A DNA stretch of 63,744 nt, the filler included, from Octopus bimaculoides (taxonomy: Eukaryota), in the NCBI RefSeq assembly GCF_001194135.2. It is 6 parts of 6 records of this genome, joined end to end, with 100 filler letters (N's around TTAATTAATTAA, not from the genome) between each part and the next. Parts side by side here need not be neighbours in the genome. Positions count along the whole stretch, not along the records: positions 61,950 to 63,744 come from NW_026302430.1; 5 more parts are not named here. The stretch is one strand, 5' to 3'. A model generated the notes under the pieces. It searched no databases and was not told where the DNA came from. It saw nothing but the letters and a program-made list of their open reading frames with translations. Shown in pieces: positions 62,370 to 63,744 of the stretch. Numbering within the stretch: the stretch's first letter is position 1; every line of letters starts with the position of its first letter. A program made the position numbers and the translations under genes.

Positions 62370-63305
62370 AAAGGCAGTGAGCTGGCAGAAACATTAGCAC
62401 GCTTAGCGGTATTTCGTCTGTCTTCATGCTCTGAGTTCAAATTCCGCCGAGGTTGGCTTTGCCTTTCATCCTTTTGGAGTCGATAAATTAAGTACCAGTT
62501 ACGCACTAGAGTCGATGTAATCGACTTAATCCTTTTGTTTGTCCGTGTTTTTCCCCACTATGTTTAGCCCCTTGTGGGCAATAAAGAAATAAGAAACGTT
62601 AGCATGCCGGGCGAAATACTTAGCGGTATTTCGTCTGTCTTTACGTTCTGAGTTCAAATTCCACCGTGGTCGGCTTTGCCTTTCATCCCNNNNNNNNNNN
62701 NNNNNNNNNNNNNNNNNNNNNNNNNNNNNNNNNNNNNNNNNNNNNNNNNNNNNNNNNNNNNNNNNNNNNNNNNNNNNNNNNNNNNNNNNNNNNNNNNNNN
62801 NNNNNNNNNNNNNNNNNNNNNNNNNNNNNNNNNNNNNNNNNNNNNNNNNNNNNNNNNNNNNNNNNNNNNNNNNNNNNNNNNNNNNNNNNNNNNNNNNNNN
62901 NNNNNTGTGGGTAGAGAAGAAAAGAATATTGAGTAATGCAGTAAGGCGGCGAGCTGACAGAACCGTTAGCAAGGTGGACGAAATGCTTAGCGGTAATTCG
63001 TCTGCCGTTACGTTCTGAGTTCAAATTCCACCGAGGTCGGCTTTGCCTTTCATCCTTTCGGGGTCGATTAAATAAGTACCAGTTACGCACTGAGGTCGAT
63101 CTATTCAACTTAATCCCTTTGTCTGTCCTTGTTTGTCCCCTCTATGTTTAGCCCCTTGTGGGCAATAAAGAAATAAGAAACGTTAGCATGCCGGGCGAAA
63201 TACTTAGCGGTATTTCGTCTGTCTTTACGTTCTGAGTTCAAATTCCACCGTGGTCGGCTTTGCCTTTCATCCCTTTGAGGTCGATAAAATAAGTACCAGT
63301 TGCGT
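62370..63305 (+). repeat. Two dimeric SINE family A units either side of a gap
   Basis: Head, core and tail followed by aagaaacgttagcatgccgggcgaaatacttagcgg, seen at 62370-62689 and 62940-63305. Confidence 0.88.
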
Positions 63306-63744
63306 ACCGAGAATTTCGGGCCTTTCAACCAAAAGTGTTGACTTGGCACATTAATGCATGGCTCTGATCTGTTTGATCAAAGAGAAAAGAAGAATTAGCA
63401 AATGACACTATATTTCATATTTCGCATGTTAATTTTTTGCGAAAAACAATATTATGTAACTATGAAATTTCAAGAACACTATAAGTGGAAATGAGAAAAT
63501 CCTAAAATTATAAAGCCATAGAAATGAAGTAAATGGCTTAAATGGCTTTTTATTATATAACATATCATGTATCATGTGAAAGTTACAAATATATAAGGTA
63601 TTACTGAATATATATATATATATAAACACATTTAGATACATATATACACATGCATATACATACACACACGTATATACATATATATACACATTTAGATACA
63701 TATAATCACGTGCATGTACATACACACACACACACACACACACA

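Noticed and set aside
5058-63305. tRNA-like A/B boxes and regularly recurring ~35-bp cores as tRNA genes or a CRISPR array
   Set aside because: They are heads and cores of dispersed SINEs: no cloverleaf, no regular repeat-spacer period and no cas genes.

Overview
AT-rich, microsatellite-saturated eukaryotic DNA with many assembly gaps. It is most likely from a coleoid cephalopod (Octopus-like); this is inferred from the tRNA-derived SINE families and the repeat landscape, not from a database search. No intact protein-coding gene, rRNA, tRNA gene or CRISPR array can be supported. Most ORFs in the supplied track come from microsatellites or N-runs. The window is a transposon graveyard: about nine R4/Dong-clade LINE fragments, mostly inside (TAA)n tracts; three different Penelope-like elements, two with inverted terminal duplications; two maT/mariner (DD37D-type) relics; one Merlin (IS1595/ISXO2-like) transposase relic; and dozens of SINEs. 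The best finding is an apparently intact type I hammerhead ribozyme (minus strand, 35305-35365) downstream of a Penelope GIY-YIG fragment. A few isolated candidate exons and several assembly artefacts (Illumina adapter remnant, TTAATTAATTAA gap spacers, a fold-back palindrome) are also noted. Boundaries of decayed elements are approximate.
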